Source of the DNA: an uncultured Christensenella sp.
GTDB taxonomy: Bacteria; Bacillota; Clostridia; Christensenellales; UBA3700
Length of the DNA stretch: 64,000 nucleotides
Direction: 5' to 3'
Assembly (NCBI GenBank): GCA_910577795.1
Contig: CAJTNW010000001.1
Coordinates: 20,752 to 84,751, forward strand
The notes below the pieces were generated by a model that searched no databases, had not been told where the DNA came from, and worked only from the letters and a program-made list of their open reading frames with translations. Within the stretch, counting starts at the first letter, position 1, and the number at the start of each line of letters is the position of its first letter. Position numbers and translations under genes: made by a program. Positions 47,205-58,768 of this stretch are shown piece by piece.

Positions 47205-47390
47205 ATGGAATACAATATTGGCGACAAAATAATTACAAAAAAAATACACCCTTGTGGCAATAATTGCTGGACTATTGTCCGAACAGGTGCGGACATAAAA
47301 ATAAAATGCGATAAATGCGGACATATTGTGCTTATAGATTTAAATAAATTTTCGTCTATAGTCAAAAAACACATGCCTTGTGACAACTAA
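47205..47390 (+). CDS. DUF951 family small protein
   Basis: 61 aa. HPCGNNCWTIVRTGADIKIKCDKCGHIVLI matches the DUF951 zinc-ribbon-like pattern. Confidence 0.7.
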   Translation: MEYNIGDKIITKKIHPCGNNCWTIVRTGADIKIKCDKCGHIVLIDLNKFSSIVKKHMPCDN

Positions 47391-47392
47391 TT

Positions 47393-47938
47393 ATGGAAGA
47401 TATAAAAATTATTACAGACGAGCCTGAAAAAAAGGCTGACAAAAAACAAAATATAATATTTGCAATTTTAATGACAATTCTTATTGCCCTTGTTATTGTT
47501 TTGGTAACTTTTACTTTCATTTGTGCACCAGTTGTAATAAAAGGCGATTCTATGAACCCAAGTTTATTTGATGGTGATATTATTATGATTTCTAAAATAC
47601 ACAAAACCCCTGTTTTAGGAGATATAATAGTTTACAAAAAACCACAAGAAAAAAAAATTACAGTTATAAAACGCGTTGTTGGGGTTGCTGGAGATATTTT
47701 TTGTATGGAAAAAAATGAATATAATGACGACATTTTGATTAAACAAAATGACCCAGATAAGACTGAATATATCTTATCCCCAAGCCAACATTTATACCTT
47801 AAAAGATATTATGGCGAAACTATAGAAATAAAAGAAGGCGAAGTTTTTACCATAGGAGATAATACTACTAACAGCATTGATGGCAGAAATTATGGAACTA
47901 TACAAATATCTGAAATTATTGGAATAAAAATCAATTAA
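47393..47938 (+). CDS. lepB: signal peptidase I (S26)
   Basis: An N-terminal TM helix, the catalytic Ser box GDSMNPSL, VIKRVVGVAGD, and GDNTTNSIDGRNYG. Confidence 0.85.
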   Translation: MEDIKIITDEPEKKADKKQNIIFAILMTILIALVIVLVTFTFICAPVVIKGDSMNPSLFDGDIIMISKIHKTPVLGDIIVYKKPQEKKITVIKRVVGVAGDIFCMEKNEYNDDILIKQNDPDKTEYILSPSQHLYLKRYYGETIEIKEGEVFTIGDNTTNSIDGRNYGTIQISEIIGIKIN

Positions 47939-48047
47939 ACAATAATTGCAAAATTAATACACTTTAAAAAATATAAATTTTGCTTTAAATATTATGTTTT
48001 TTATTGTGCAATTTAATGAAAACAATTCAATGATTATAAAAAAACCT

Positions 48048-48076
48048 ACGAAAATCGCTATTATTGCGATTTTTTT
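48048..48076 (+). terminator. weak terminator after lepB, built from an inverted pair of the AAAATCGC word
   Basis: AAAATCGC, then TATTATT, then GCGATTTT, followed by TTTTG. Confidence 0.4.
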
Positions 48077-48436
48077 GTTTTTATTTGCATACTTTTGCTT
48101 GATTTATTGATTATGTAACATTGTTTTCCTCAATTGTTTTTGTAATACTAAGTTTTATAAAACCATTGTATAATGACAAATACTGCTCTTTATCATACCA
48201 AACCATCGCTCTATTTGAATTTTTGTAGTTTAACAAAAGTAAAAATATTAAATTTTTGCAATATTCCATATATTACCATTTAGCCAAAATTATACTTAAA
48301 TTGTGTTTTTTATCATACTAATGACGATTTTTGAAATGAAATTTAAAATTTTTTTGTTGAATTTATTGTATAGTTGACAAATAAACAGATTTTTCCAAAT
48401 GAATTTAAAAAATTTTGTTTTATCATTATTCAGTCA

Positions 48437-48466
48437 TTGACAATAGCATAATTAATGTGTTATACT
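48437..48466 (+). promoter_or_regulatory. predicted promoter of plsY (TTGACA-18-TATACT)
   Basis: TTGACA at 48437-48442 and TATACT at 48461-48466. Confidence 0.35.
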
Positions 48467-48508
48467 TTACGTAGATTATTATATAAATAATAAAATAATG
48501 AGAAATTT

Positions 48509-49162
48509 ATGAAAGATTTGTATTGGTATTTAATTTTTATTCCGCTTGGATATATAATTGGTAGCATAAATTTCGCAACTATTATTGCCTCAATTAAAAA
48601 CAAAGATATAAAAAAATTAGGTTCTGGCAACCCTGGCACTATGAATATGCTTAGGTCTGTTGGCAAATTTTGGGGGTGTCTAACATTTGTACTTGACTGT
48701 GCAAAAGGTATAGGTTTTGCCCTTATTGGTATGTTTGTTTTTAAAAACAACAACTTAGCAATGTATGTACTTGGTCTTTCTACAGTATTAGGACATATAT
48801 TTTCATGTTTTTCTAAGTTTAAAGGGGGCAAAGGAGTTGCCACAAGTTTAGGCGCTTTTGCAGTAATATCACCAATAACATTTGCTATTGCATTTGTTTT
48901 GATGTTAATATACTTAGCATTTTTTAAAAAAGGTTTTATTGGGTCTTTGGGTGCTATCAGTGTACTTGTAATAACTAATATTATTCGTAATAGCATACTA
49001 AGGTATGAATTATTTTATGTCAATATAATTTTACTGGTATTTTGGTTAGCATTAATTTTTTGGACACATAGAAGCAATTTTAAAAGAATCAAAAACAATA
49101 CAGAAAATTCACTATCTTTATTTGGTAAAGAAGATTACACCGATAACGAAAAGGAGTGTTAA
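48509..49162 (+). CDS. plsY: glycerol-3-phosphate acyltransferase PlsY
   Basis: 217 aa with GSGNPGTMNMLR, HIFSCF..FKGGKGVAT, and about 5 TM helices. Confidence 0.9.
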   Translation: MKDLYWYLIFIPLGYIIGSINFATIIASIKNKDIKKLGSGNPGTMNMLRSVGKFWGCLTFVLDCAKGIGFALIGMFVFKNNNLAMYVLGLSTVLGHIFSCFSKFKGGKGVATSLGAFAVISPITFAIAFVLMLIYLAFFKKGFIGSLGAISVLVITNIIRNSILRYELFYVNIILLVFWLALIFWTHRSNFKRIKNNTENSLSLFGKEDYTDNEKEC

Positions 49163-49165
49163 AAT

Positions 49166-52100
49166 ATGAGTGGACAATTTAGTAAAAATAACTTTGAACA
49201 AAATCCTTCAAATTTGAAAAAAAAGCGCAATAATAAGAGTTGGGCAACTAATGACGACTCTTCTCTTTGCGATGACGAGATTTTGAACGAAAAAGAAATA
49301 AAAGCAATTAAAGAGGATAAGTGGGTAGAAAAACACGTTCCAAAGCCTACAAAAAAGGAGTTAAAATACAAACGCCGCATAAACGAACTTGAGGCTAGCA
49401 GTTTAAAAGCACCTTTATCTAAAAAGGAAAGCAAGGAACTTAAAAAACTTAACAAAAAATACAAAAAACTATACAACTATCGTCATAGAGACCTTTCAAG
49501 CAACCACACCACTCTAAAATGTTGCTTGAGCGCTATTGTAGTTGTAGTTGTTCTTGTTTGCACTGTAGTATTTGGTGGATATCACTTTGTTGTTCAACCT
49601 TATACTGGTGTTACTTTGTTTGAATTAACAGATATTTTGGGCGGACTATACAAAGCAGATGAAGAAAAACTTATTACTCAAAAGTTTGACCCTGTTAAAG
49701 ATGCAGATGCTTTCTTTATCAGTTTGCAAAACGCACTATATCTTGATAGAAAATTTACTTTAGACGATTTATTACACCTAATTCCATCAAGTGCTGGTGG
49801 TACTGGTGATGAGTCTGCGTCTGTTGCAGATTTGCTTGATTTGGCTGGCGAACCAGTAGCAGATGGCAATGGTAGTATTACAGGTAGTCCTTATTTTGAC
49901 GAATTACTTTCTGAAACAAAATTTGACTTCTCTACTTTAAAAGATTATGATGGCAGCAAAAAAGTTTGGGAAATAAGTGACAAAATGGTTGCTGCTATTA
50001 TGCAACAAGTTGTTTTGAGTGCAGATTCTATTCCTCAAATAAAAGATTTGCTTGGTGAGTATAATATTTCAATTAAGGACAGCCTTGTTGTTAGACAATG
50101 CTTAATTAAAAAGAATAATTCTGACGAAACAACTATGCAATTGACTATTCAAGTAAAAATTCGCACTTTAGTTGATGGTATTTTGAGTGGTATGGACCTT
50201 GGTTCTCTTGCATTTATTAAATCAATAGTTCCAGTACTTTTACCTGAACATATTTATTTAAGTGCAGTTACTACTCCACTTGTTGACAAAGCACCAACTC
50301 TTGGAATTAACTCTATAAATGATAAAAGTTTGCAAACTTTAATTAGTACTTTGGATAAAAAACTTTTGGAAGGTAAAATTGAAAGTACTTTCAACTCTAT
50401 TGGTAAATCTATCTTCAGTACATTCAAAAGCATTACAGAAATGGTTGGTGGTGATGGATTAACAATTGCACCATCTGAATTTGATGATGTTAATGGAGTT
50501 GGTACTATTAAGTTGGATATACTACAAACTGCTATGAAAACTATGAAAGTCGAAAATGTTTCTTCTAGCGATTTCTTGCTAATGGTTAAACATTTACATA
50601 GTGTTGATAACAATTATAAAGATGCAGATGCTTATATTGATAGCAATGTTACTAAACCAACTAGTCCAGAAGATTTTATCACTTCAAAAGATGCTTTATT
50701 TGAATCTTATGGTATACCAAAAGACCAAGTTTCTGATATTACTGCAGAAAACTTCCTTGATAAAATTGACACTATTCCTCAGTTAATCAATATTAAGGAT
50801 TCAAAAATAGGTGAAGTTGAATTATATAAAATTAGCAATGATGAGTTAAAGAAAAAATCCGTTCTTTCTGATAAAGCACTTGCTCAGATTATGAATAATA
50901 TGATAACTGGCAAGTTAGGCGATGATATCAAAATGAATATTCTTGAACTAGATATGGGCACAACAGAAATGAGAATAATTGCTCAACTTGATGTTTCTGC
51001 TATGATAGACAAGCAATTAGGCGGACAATTTGGTGCTCTAAAACCATTGATATCTTCTATCTTCCCTAACAATATGTTTATTAAAATCATAATTCCTAAT
51101 GAGAAAAAAGCCGATGGTTCTTCTTGCAACGTTATATTTAACTATACAAAAGACGGCTCTTCTCAAGAAGAAAGTGACAAAATGTTTGAAACAATTGCTG
51201 CTTTAATGGGAAGTATTAACGGCGAAGGTGGCAATAATGCTTTTAATAAAGAAACACTTATTAAAAAACTTGACGATGCTATCTACCCTATTTTAGATAA
51301 CTTTAAGGGCGATAACGCAGATATGCCAATAAGTTTTGCAGATGGCTGCCTACAACTTCCAACAATTTATGAAGTACTTGCAACAACAATAAACGAAGGT
51401 TCTTCTGAAACTGATAAATTGTCTCCAGATACTATTCAGGAAACAATGGAAAGTTATTACACTTATGATGAAACAACAACTAAGTTTGACCCTGTTTTTG
51501 GTACAATTATTAACAATGTAGAAAAAACTAAGTTAGATGACTTTATTAGTCGTGAGTTGCAAAATAAATTCTTTATTGCAGGCGAAATTGACGAAAACGA
51601 TGTTTATACAACAATGACTACTATAGGCACTAAACTTGACCCAGCAAATATTGATGGTGCTATTAACCTAAAAGGCTTAAAATCAAACACTATTGATGCT
51701 GACAAAATGAATTTGTCTATAACCTCTTTGGAACTTGCAAAACTTATTATTCAAAGTGGTCAAATAGATAGCATTGGTGATATAGGTTTTTACAAAAACT
51801 TCACATTTGTTGATATGAGTGTAAATAAAGATACTAATACTTTATCATTAGTAATTGCTGGTAACCTTGACTCTAGTTCTTCTACTATTACAAATGGTAT
51901 AAAAATAGAAAACTTTGCTGCTGACTACCTAGTAGTACAAGCCGATGTAAACTTAAGCGACTACACTACTAAAGTAAAAATCAACAATGCAAATGATGAT
52001 AATATTAATACTTTATTAAAGATTATTAATAAACTTACAGGCTCAACTTCAGGCAACTTTGATGCGGATAGTGTTGGAGAAAATATTGGTAATGCAATAG

Positions 52101-53080
52101 AAGAAGCATTTACAACCTTTGCTAATCAAGGAATGCCTTTGACTGCTAGCAATAAAGTTGTTGATACTCCAATTAATGGTAAACAAGACGGCTTTACAAG
52201 TAATAATATTTATAGATTAATTACAGAAAAATCTACCGGTAAAGACAACTACATAAGTGGTGATGACCAATTATTAAATAGTATTATTTACAAACTAAAT
52301 AATCTTCCTGGTCAAACACATAGTTCTGATGGTACTCACACAACTTCATTTACTGAGAGAGTTGCGGACCCACTTGTATTTAAAGACGATGGCACTGGCA
52401 AATTCCTTGCAGATGGTAAGTTCACTAAACCGGGCTCTGACAAAGAATATAGTTTGATTAATTTGGACACAGATACTAATCAATTATATGTGTTTGACTA
52501 CTACATCGGACAACAAGTTAAGGCTCATGCAGATACTGATACAATGGAACTTATTAAATTTGTAATTATGCCTAATACTCGTAACGAAGTTTATGCTCAA
52601 TTTGTTAAAGACTTAGACTTATCAAGAGATGTTGCTCCTGATGACTTAGTAGCAAATGCTGGAGATAATGGTATTGTATTCCTACAATTCAAAATAAATA
52701 GTTCTGAAATTGGTGGTAATGAACTTACTAATAAAATACTACCAGAGAGTATTTATGGCGGTGCATTTATTGACTTTAATACTCCTCTTGCAACTGACGT
52801 TAGACCATTTATTAATAACTTAACTCAAGAAGAAGTTAATTATATTAATAGATTAATTCAAGGCAATGATACTGCTCCATCAACAAATATTACTGATAAG
52901 TTTAATAATTTGATTGACACTGTTAAAGGTGCTACATTTACAATTGGCGATGATACAACAACTTTAACTTTCTCTGATTTATTCGCTAAATTTACATTGG
53001 ATAGTGCTGGTGGTAATATTGATTTAGCAAATATTTGTATTGGTAGATTTGTTAAAAATATGACTGCTCCAACAGTATAA
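49166..53080 (+). CDS. large orphan type-II membrane protein (1304 aa)
   Basis: AAGGAG lies inside the plsY 3' end, with only 3 nt between the genes. A K-rich ~115-aa cytoplasmic head is followed by a single TM helix (CCLSAIVVVVVLVCTVVFGG) and a ~1150-aa D/N/T/S-rich ectodomain. I recognise no domain or sorting signal. Confidence 0.6.
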   Translation: MSGQFSKNNFEQNPSNLKKKRNNKSWATNDDSSLCDDEILNEKEIKAIKEDKWVEKHVPKPTKKELKYKRRINELEASSLKAPLSKKESKELKKLNKKYKKLYNYRHRDLSSNHTTLKCCLSAIVVVVVLVCTVVFGGYHFVVQPYTGVTLFELTDILGGLYKADEEKLITQKFDPVKDADAFFISLQNALYLDRKFTLDDLLHLIPSSAGGTGDESASVADLLDLAGEPVADGNGSITGSPYFDELLSETKFDFSTLKDYDGSKKVWEISDKMVAAIMQQVVLSADSIPQIKDLLGEYNISIKDSLVVRQCLIKKNNSDETTMQLTIQVKIRTLVDGILSGMDLGSLAFIKSIVPVLLPEHIYLSAVTTPLVDKAPTLGINSINDKSLQTLISTLDKKLLEGKIESTFNSIGKSIFSTFKSITEMVGGDGLTIAPSEFDDVNGVGTIKLDILQTAMKTMKVENVSSSDFLLMVKHLHSVDNNYKDADAYIDSNVTKPTSPEDFITSKDALFESYGIPKDQVSDITAENFLDKIDTIPQLINIKDSKIGEVELYKISNDELKKKSVLSDKALAQIMNNMITGKLGDDIKMNILELDMGTTEMRIIAQLDVSAMIDKQLGGQFGALKPLISSIFPNNMFIKIIIPNEKKADGSSCNVIFNYTKDGSSQEESDKMFETIAALMGSINGEGGNNAFNKETLIKKLDDAIYPILDNFKGDNADMPISFADGCLQLPTIYEVLATTINEGSSETDKLSPDTIQETMESYYTYDETTTKFDPVFGTIINNVEKTKLDDFISRELQNKFFIAGEIDENDVYTTMTTIGTKLDPANIDGAINLKGLKSNTIDADKMNLSITSLELAKLIIQSGQIDSIGDIGFYKNFTFVDMSVNKDTNTLSLVIAGNLDSSSSTITNGIKIENFAADYLVVQADVNLSDYTTKVKINNANDDNINTLLKIINKLTGSTSGNFDADSVGENIGNAIEEAFTTFANQGMPLTASNKVVDTPINGKQDGFTSNNIYRLITEKSTGKDNYISGDDQLLNSIIYKLNNLPGQTHSSDGTHTTSFTERVADPLVFKDDGTGKFLADGKFTKPGSDKEYSLINLDTDTNQLYVFDYYIGQQVKAHADTDTMELIKFVIMPNTRNEVYAQFVKDLDLSRDVAPDDLVANAGDNGIVFLQFKINSSEIGGNELTNKILPESIYGGAFIDFNTPLATDVRPFINNLTQEEVNYINRLIQGNDTAPSTNITDKFNNLIDTVKGATFTIGDDTTTLTFSDLFAKFTLDSAGGNIDLANICIGRFVKNMTAPTV

Positions 53081-53099
53081 TTAAACAAAACACAAAATA

Positions 53100-53135
53100 A
53101 AAAGTGTTCAGCAATGAACACTTTTTATTTTTTAT
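53100..53135 (+). terminator. rho-independent terminator after the 1304-aa gene
   Basis: AAGTGTTCA (53102-53110) pairs with TGAACACTT (53115-53123), followed by TTTATTTTTT. Confidence 0.65.
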
Positions 53136-53212
53136 AAATATTAATACTAAATTATTAAATAACATTTCTTTATTAATTTTATTATATAATTTTTCTTACA
53201 TTTAATACTTTA

Positions 53213-54016
53213 TTAATACACACCTCTTACCTTTAATTGCAAACATTTTACTGATATTTTGATAAGTAGTTCGTTTATTTTTTCGTCATTTATATTCCCT
53301 TCAAAATCAATGTAAAATCTTATTTTAAAGCAAGTGTTAGGGATATTCCTTGACTGAATACGTGTTAGATTTATATGGTATTCTGTAAAAATATTTAACA
53401 ACTCTCCTAGTGCATTTGGCTTGTCTTTTAACTCTAGTGCAAGGCTTATTATTTTATTATCTTTTACTTTGTCCAAACTATTTGTTAAAAGCACAAATTT
53501 TGTATAATTATTTTCTACATTCTGAATGTTTTCCTTAAGCACTTCTAAGCCATAAATTTCGCCCGCTAAACGTGATGCAATTACCGCATGAGACTTATCC
53601 TCTTCCTCTGCCAATTTTTTGCTTGCTATGGCAGTATTGAACTCGTTGTATATCTGATAACCTTTCTCTTGCAAAAAGATATCGCATTGCATTAAGGCTT
53701 GAGGGTGTGAAGATACTTTTTTAATATCACTTATCTTACTACCTTTTGCACCAAGCAAGCAATGGTTTATTTTTATATCACCTATTGCAACATAATACAC
53801 TTTGCTTTTATCTAGCAAATCATACGTTTCCCTTACTTCGCCTGCAGTAGTATTTTCTATAGGTAATATGCCATATTCATACTCGCCTTTTTCAATTTTT
53901 TGTATTACTTCGCTAAATGTACTTACAAAGTCTATTTGTGTATATCCTAGACTTTTTGCAAATATATGCGAATATGAACCCGCCACACCTTGTAATAATA
54001 CTTTTTCCTTTTCCAT
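53213..54016 (-). CDS. pheA: prephenate dehydratase with ACT domain
   Basis: 267 aa. It has the N-terminal PDT domain (..GVAGSYSH..), NYTKFVLL, and a C-terminal ACT domain (..KDKPNALGELLNIF..). Confidence 0.85.
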   Translation of the reverse strand: MEKEKVLLQGVAGSYSHIFAKSLGYTQIDFVSTFSEVIQKIEKGEYEYGILPIENTTAGEVRETYDLLDKSKVYYVAIGDIKINHCLLGAKGSKISDIKKVSSHPQALMQCDIFLQEKGYQIYNEFNTAIASKKLAEEEDKSHAVIASRLAGEIYGLEVLKENIQNVENNYTKFVLLTNSLDKVKDNKIISLALELKDKPNALGELLNIFTEYHINLTRIQSRNIPNTCFKIRFYIDFEGNINDEKINELLIKISVKCLQLKVRGVY

Positions 54017-54169
54017 ATTTCACCTTGTTTGTAGTGTTATATTATTTATTTCATTTTACCACAATATTTTAAAATTGTTATCAATTTTTTTTATTTTTAT
54101 TAAATTAAATTTTTAGTTTATAATAAATATTGCTAAAAAATCAAAATAATATCGATTTTTGTTAGGAAT

Positions 54170-54206
54170 ATTAAAAAATGGTTGCTATTTTGCAACCATT
54201 TTTTAG
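54170..54206 (-). terminator. terminator hairpin after gyrA
   Basis: AATGGTTGC (54177-54185) pairs with GCAACCATT (54192-54200), with a minus-strand T-run from the plus-strand A-run at 54173-54178. Confidence 0.6.
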
Positions 54207-54215
54207 ATATTTTTA

Positions 54216-56798
54216 TTATTCCTCTGTCACATTATTGTTTTCTTGCACTGCTGTATTTTCATTTTCTGCTACTTCCACAACACTATCTTCGCTTGCCTCG
54301 CCATCTAGTACTTGTTCTGCTGGCTCTTCCTCACTACGCGGTACAATAGTAAATGAAACAACTTTGCTACCCTCGTCTTTAAGTCTCATTAGTTTAACAC
54401 CTTGAGTATTTCTTCCTATTTTGCTAATAGAATCTGCGTTAAGTCTAATTACTACTCCGTTATCCGCTAATATCATAACGTCTTCATCACTAGATACTAG
54501 TTTTAGGTTAACAACATTACCAGTTTTTTCGTTTAGCACACCAACTTTTATGCCTTTACCACCACGTGCTTGGAACCTATACTCGTCAATATCTGTCCTC
54601 TTTCCGTAGCCGTTTTCTGTAATTGTCAAAACGTCTGTATTTTCGCGAACTATAGTAGCATCAACCACAAACTCGCCTTTATCCAAACTTATTGATTTTA
54701 CACCCATAGAAGACCTTCCAGTGTCACGTATATCTTGTTCATGGAATCTTATGCACTTACCACCAGTAGATGCAATGATAATCTCATTATCGCCGTCAGT
54801 GTGCATTGCACAAATAAGTTCGTCACCCTCCTGCAATTTAATAGCAATTTTACCATTGCTTTGGATACGTTCAAATTCTGACAAATCTGTCTTTTTGATT
54901 AAGCCTTTTTTAGTTGCAAGCACTAAATAGCCCATACTTCCTGTTGCAAGTGGCAAAATAGCATTTATTCTTTCGCCATCTGCTAAGTTTAATAAGTTAA
55001 CCATAGCACGTCCTTTTGCTGTTTTAGAGCCTTCAGGAATCATATATGCTTTTAGTCTGTAAACCTTACCAAAGTTAGAGAAGAATAAAATTGGTTCATG
55101 TGTGTTAGAATTAAATACATTTTCCACAAAATCTTCATCTTTTGCTTTATGTGCAGTAACACCAACACCGCCACGACGTTGTGCTTTATACTCGTCTGTA
55201 GCCATTCTCTTTATATAGCCTTGGTGAGTAAGACTAATAACTATATCTTCTTGCTCAATTAAATCTTCAATATCAATATCGTTATAGTCATAACTTAACT
55301 CACTTCTTCTTGGAGTATTGTATTTTTCTTTAATCTCAAGCATTTCTGTCTTGATAATTTCTTCTACTCTATGAGGGTTTGCTAAAATATCTTGATATTC
55401 TGTAATGTCTCTTTCTAGTTGTGCCAAGTTTTGTTCTAACTTATCTATTTCCAAATGAGTAAGTCTTTGTAACCTCATTTCCAAAATAGCATTGGCTTGT
55501 TTATCTGATAAAGCAAAAGCCTCCATCAATTTATTAGATGCGTCAACCTTGTCTTCAGATTTTTTGATAATTGCAACAACTTCGTCAATATTATTTAGTG
55601 CAATTACTAAACCTTTTAAAATATGCTCTCTTTCTAATGCTTTTTCCAAATCATATTGAGTTCTTCTTATTATAACTTGTTTTTGATGCTCAATATATGC
55701 AGACAAAATCTCCTTTAAATTCATAACTTTTGGAGTACCATCTATAAGTGCAAGCAAAATAATGCTGTTGCTTATTTGCAAACTTGTATGCTTGTACAAC
55801 ATATTTAATACAACTTGAGCCTGTGCATCTTTTTTAACATCAATAACAATTCTCATACCATCACGGTCAGACTGTTCTTGAATATCGCTTATGCCGTCAA
55901 TTTTCTTTTGTTTTACATAGTCAGCAATAGTCTCTATCAACTTTGCTTTGTTTACTTGATAAGGCAATTCTGTAATAACTATTCTTTGTCTTGAGCCATT
56001 ATTAAAATCTTCTATTTCTGCTCTAGCACGAAGTATAGCATTACCTTTACCTGTTCTGTAAGCCTTTTTAATACCACTTCTGCCCATTATCAAAGCACCT
56101 GTTGGATAATCTGGTGCAGGAATTAAATCAATAAGTTCCTCAATATCCATTTCTGGATTTTCCATAAGTGCAATTGTACCATCAATAACCTCACCTAGAT
56201 TATGTGGTGGAATAGATGTTGCCATACCAACCGCAATACCATCGCTACCATTAACCAAAAGGTTAGGATATCTTGCCGGCAATACTACTGGTTGCATTAA
56301 TGTATCATCAAAGTTAGGATAGTAATCAACAGTCTTTTTGTCAATATCCCTAATCATTTCTGCAGCAATTTTACTCATTCTTGCCTCAGTGTAACGTTGT
56401 GCTGCTGGAGGGTCTCCATCCACACTACCAAAGTTACCATGACCATCAACTAATGGACAACGAATAGAAAAGTCTTGTGCAAGTCTTACTAATGCCTCAT
56501 AAACTGCTGTATCGCCATGAGGGTGATATTTACCCAAAACGTCACCTACGATACGTGCACATTTACGATATGGCTTGTCTGAAGTTAATCCTAATTCGCT
56601 CATAGCATACAAAATACGTCTATGTACTGGTTTTAGACCATCACGAACATCTGGAATAGCACGTGATACATTTACTGCCATTGCATAAGCAATAAATGAT
56701 TTTTTCATTTCATGTTCAATATTTATCTTTTTTATATTAGATTTATCAAGCATTTCAGATAAATCTTGTGCTTGTTTTTCCTTTTCTTTTTCTGACAT
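54216..56798 (-). CDS. gyrA: DNA gyrase subunit A
   Basis: 860 aa with [23 protein letters not shown] and the active-site region ..RYTEARM... The C-terminal beta-pinwheel is followed by an acidic tail. Confidence 0.98.
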   Translation of the reverse strand: MSEKEKEKQAQDLSEMLDKSNIKKINIEHEMKKSFIAYAMAVNVSRAIPDVRDGLKPVHRRILYAMSELGLTSDKPYRKCARIVGDVLGKYHPHGDTAVYEALVRLAQDFSIRCPLVDGHGNFGSVDGDPPAAQRYTEARMSKIAAEMIRDIDKKTVDYYPNFDDTLMQPVVLPARYPNLLVNGSDGIAVGMATSIPPHNLGEVIDGTIALMENPEMDIEELIDLIPAPDYPTGALIMGRSGIKKAYRTGKGNAILRARAEIEDFNNGSRQRIVITELPYQVNKAKLIETIADYVKQKKIDGISDIQEQSDRDGMRIVIDVKKDAQAQVVLNMLYKHTSLQISNSIILLALIDGTPKVMNLKEILSAYIEHQKQVIIRRTQYDLEKALEREHILKGLVIALNNIDEVVAIIKKSEDKVDASNKLMEAFALSDKQANAILEMRLQRLTHLEIDKLEQNLAQLERDITEYQDILANPHRVEEIIKTEMLEIKEKYNTPRRSELSYDYNDIDIEDLIEQEDIVISLTHQGYIKRMATDEYKAQRRGGVGVTAHKAKDEDFVENVFNSNTHEPILFFSNFGKVYRLKAYMIPEGSKTAKGRAMVNLLNLADGERINAILPLATGSMGYLVLATKKGLIKKTDLSEFERIQSNGKIAIKLQEGDELICAMHTDGDNEIIIASTGGKCIRFHEQDIRDTGRSSMGVKSISLDKGEFVVDATIVRENTDVLTITENGYGKRTDIDEYRFQARGGKGIKVGVLNEKTGNVVNLKLVSSDEDVMILADNGVVIRLNADSISKIGRNTQGVKLMRLKDEGSKVVSFTIVPRSEEEPAEQVLDGEASEDSVVEVAENENTAVQENNNVTEE

Positions 56799-56807
56799 AA
56801 CTCCTCC

Positions 56808-58709
56808 TTACACGTCAAGTTCGCCTGCTAAAGTAGCATTTTGCTCAATAAATTGTCTTCTAAGTTCTGGCTCGTCACCCATAAGCATTGTAAATACTTG
56901 GTCTGCATCTTTTGCCTCTTCCATACTTACTTGCAATAGAGTTCTTGTTTCTGGGTTCATTGTTGTTTCCCACAATTGCTCCGCATTCATTTCGCCCAAA
57001 CCTTTATATCTTTGCAATTCGCCCTTACGGTCTATACTTTGCATATACTCTTCCAATGACTCGTCATCGTAAAAATATTTTTCGTTTTTACCACCTCTTG
57101 AAACTTTATATAGTGGTGGTTGTGCTGCGTATACGTGACCTTGTTCAAGCACTGGACGCATATATCTATAAAAGAAAGTTAACAATAAAATTCTTATATG
57201 GCTACCATCTACATCAGCATCTGTCATACAAATAATTCTGTCATATCTAAGTTTAGAAACATCGCAGTCCTCTAATATTCCGCAACCAAAGGCTGTTATC
57301 ATATTTTTAATTTCTTCACTTTCCAAAACTTTATTAAGTCTAACTTTTTCAACATTAAGGATTTTACCTCTAAGTGGCATAATCGCTTGAAATCTTCTAT
57401 CTCTACCTTGTTTTGCAGTACCGCCCGCTGAGTCACCCTCAACAAGATATACTTCGCAAAGTTTACTATTTTTTTCTGTACAATCAGCCAATTTACCAGG
57501 AAGAGTTGTAGATTCCAAGAAAGACTTTCTTTTTGTCAAATCTCTTGCGTTTCTTGCCGCCTCTCTTGCCTTTTTAGCAGTAATAGAGCGAAGTACTAAG
57601 TCTTTAGTTATCTTAGGATTTTCTTCCAAGAAAGAACCAAAAGATTCAGACACAGCATCTGCAACAACCTTACGCATAAAACTATTGCCTAGTTTTGTTT
57701 TTGTTTGACCTTCAAATTGTGGGTCTGTTAGTTTTACACTTACAACTGCAACCAAACCTTCACGGCAGTCATCACCACTTAATTTTTCGTCATTTTTCAA
57801 AATATTAAGAGTTTTGCCATAGTCGTTAAACAATTTTGTTATAGTGTTTTTAAAACCATCAACATGAGTACCACCCTCTTCAGTATGAATGTTGTTAGCA
57901 TAAGAATATATATTTTCGCTATAAGAATCATTATATTGCAAAGCAATTTCTACTTGATAATCGTCTGCCATAATGCTCATATAATAAGGCTCTGCAAGCA
58001 ATGCATCTTTTTTATTTAACTCATTAACATATTCTTTAATTCCACCTTCATAATGAATAAAGTCTTCTTGCTCTTTGCCCTCACGGCTATCTTTTAAAGT
58101 AATTTTTAAACCTTTATTTAAAAAAGCAAGTTCTTTTAATCTATGCAATAATCTAGGGTACTGAAACTCCACTGTTTCAAAAATTGTATCGTCTGGCATA
58201 AATACAATTTTAGTACCAGTTTTATCAGTTTCGCCAACAACTTTTAACGCAGTTTGAGCAACACCTCTATTATATGTTTGGTGGAATTTTTTACCATTTT
58301 GGCAAACTTCAACATCTAACCACTCAGACAAAGCATTAACCGCAGATATACCTACACCATGCAAACCACCAGAAAACTTGTAGCCACCGCCACCAAATTT
58401 ACCACCAGCATGCAATTTAGTCAAAACTACCTCAACAGCAGATTTACCTTCCTTTTCAATGATACCGGTAGGGATACCTCTACCATTATCTTCAACAGAA
58501 ATTGCACCATCTTTAGTGATTTCTACATTAATCAAATTACAGTATCCAGCCATTGCCTCGTCAATACTATTGTCAACAACCTCAATAACCAAATGATGCA
58601 ACCCGCGCTCGTCTGTAGAGCCAATATACATACCTGGTCTTTTACGAACTGGTTCTAATCCTTCAAGCACTTGTATAGCAGATTGGTCATAATTTTTTTG
58701 CTCGCTCAT
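56808..58709 (-). CDS. gyrB: DNA gyrase subunit B
   Basis: 633 aa with the GHKL ATPase ([30 protein letters not shown]), the Toprim motif [12 protein letters not shown], and PLRGKILN. Confidence 0.98.
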   Translation of the reverse strand: MSEQKNYDQSAIQVLEGLEPVRKRPGMYIGSTDERGLHHLVIEVVDNSIDEAMAGYCNLINVEITKDGAISVEDNGRGIPTGIIEKEGKSAVEVVLTKLHAGGKFGGGGYKFSGGLHGVGISAVNALSEWLDVEVCQNGKKFHQTYNRGVAQTALKVVGETDKTGTKIVFMPDDTIFETVEFQYPRLLHRLKELAFLNKGLKITLKDSREGKEQEDFIHYEGGIKEYVNELNKKDALLAEPYYMSIMADDYQVEIALQYNDSYSENIYSYANNIHTEEGGTHVDGFKNTITKLFNDYGKTLNILKNDEKLSGDDCREGLVAVVSVKLTDPQFEGQTKTKLGNSFMRKVVADAVSESFGSFLEENPKITKDLVLRSITAKKAREAARNARDLTKRKSFLESTTLPGKLADCTEKNSKLCEVYLVEGDSAGGTAKQGRDRRFQAIMPLRGKILNVEKVRLNKVLESEEIKNMITAFGCGILEDCDVSKLRYDRIICMTDADVDGSHIRILLLTFFYRYMRPVLEQGHVYAAQPPLYKVSRGGKNEKYFYDDESLEEYMQSIDRKGELQRYKGLGEMNAEQLWETTMNPETRTLLQVSMEEAKDADQVFTMLMGDEPELRRQFIEQNATLAGELDV

Positions 58710-58768
58710 AAATATCTCCTTTGCAAAAATTGTACATTTATTTAATAATACTTTTAATCAAAATCCCT

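Noticed and set aside
48111-48206. 31-aa minus-strand ORF (MVWYDKEQYLSLYNGFIKLSITKTIEENNVT) in the lepB-plsY gap.
   Set aside because: It has no Shine-Dalgarno sequence or promoter. It is probably a remnant or a chance ORF, and is mentioned only as context for the long gap.
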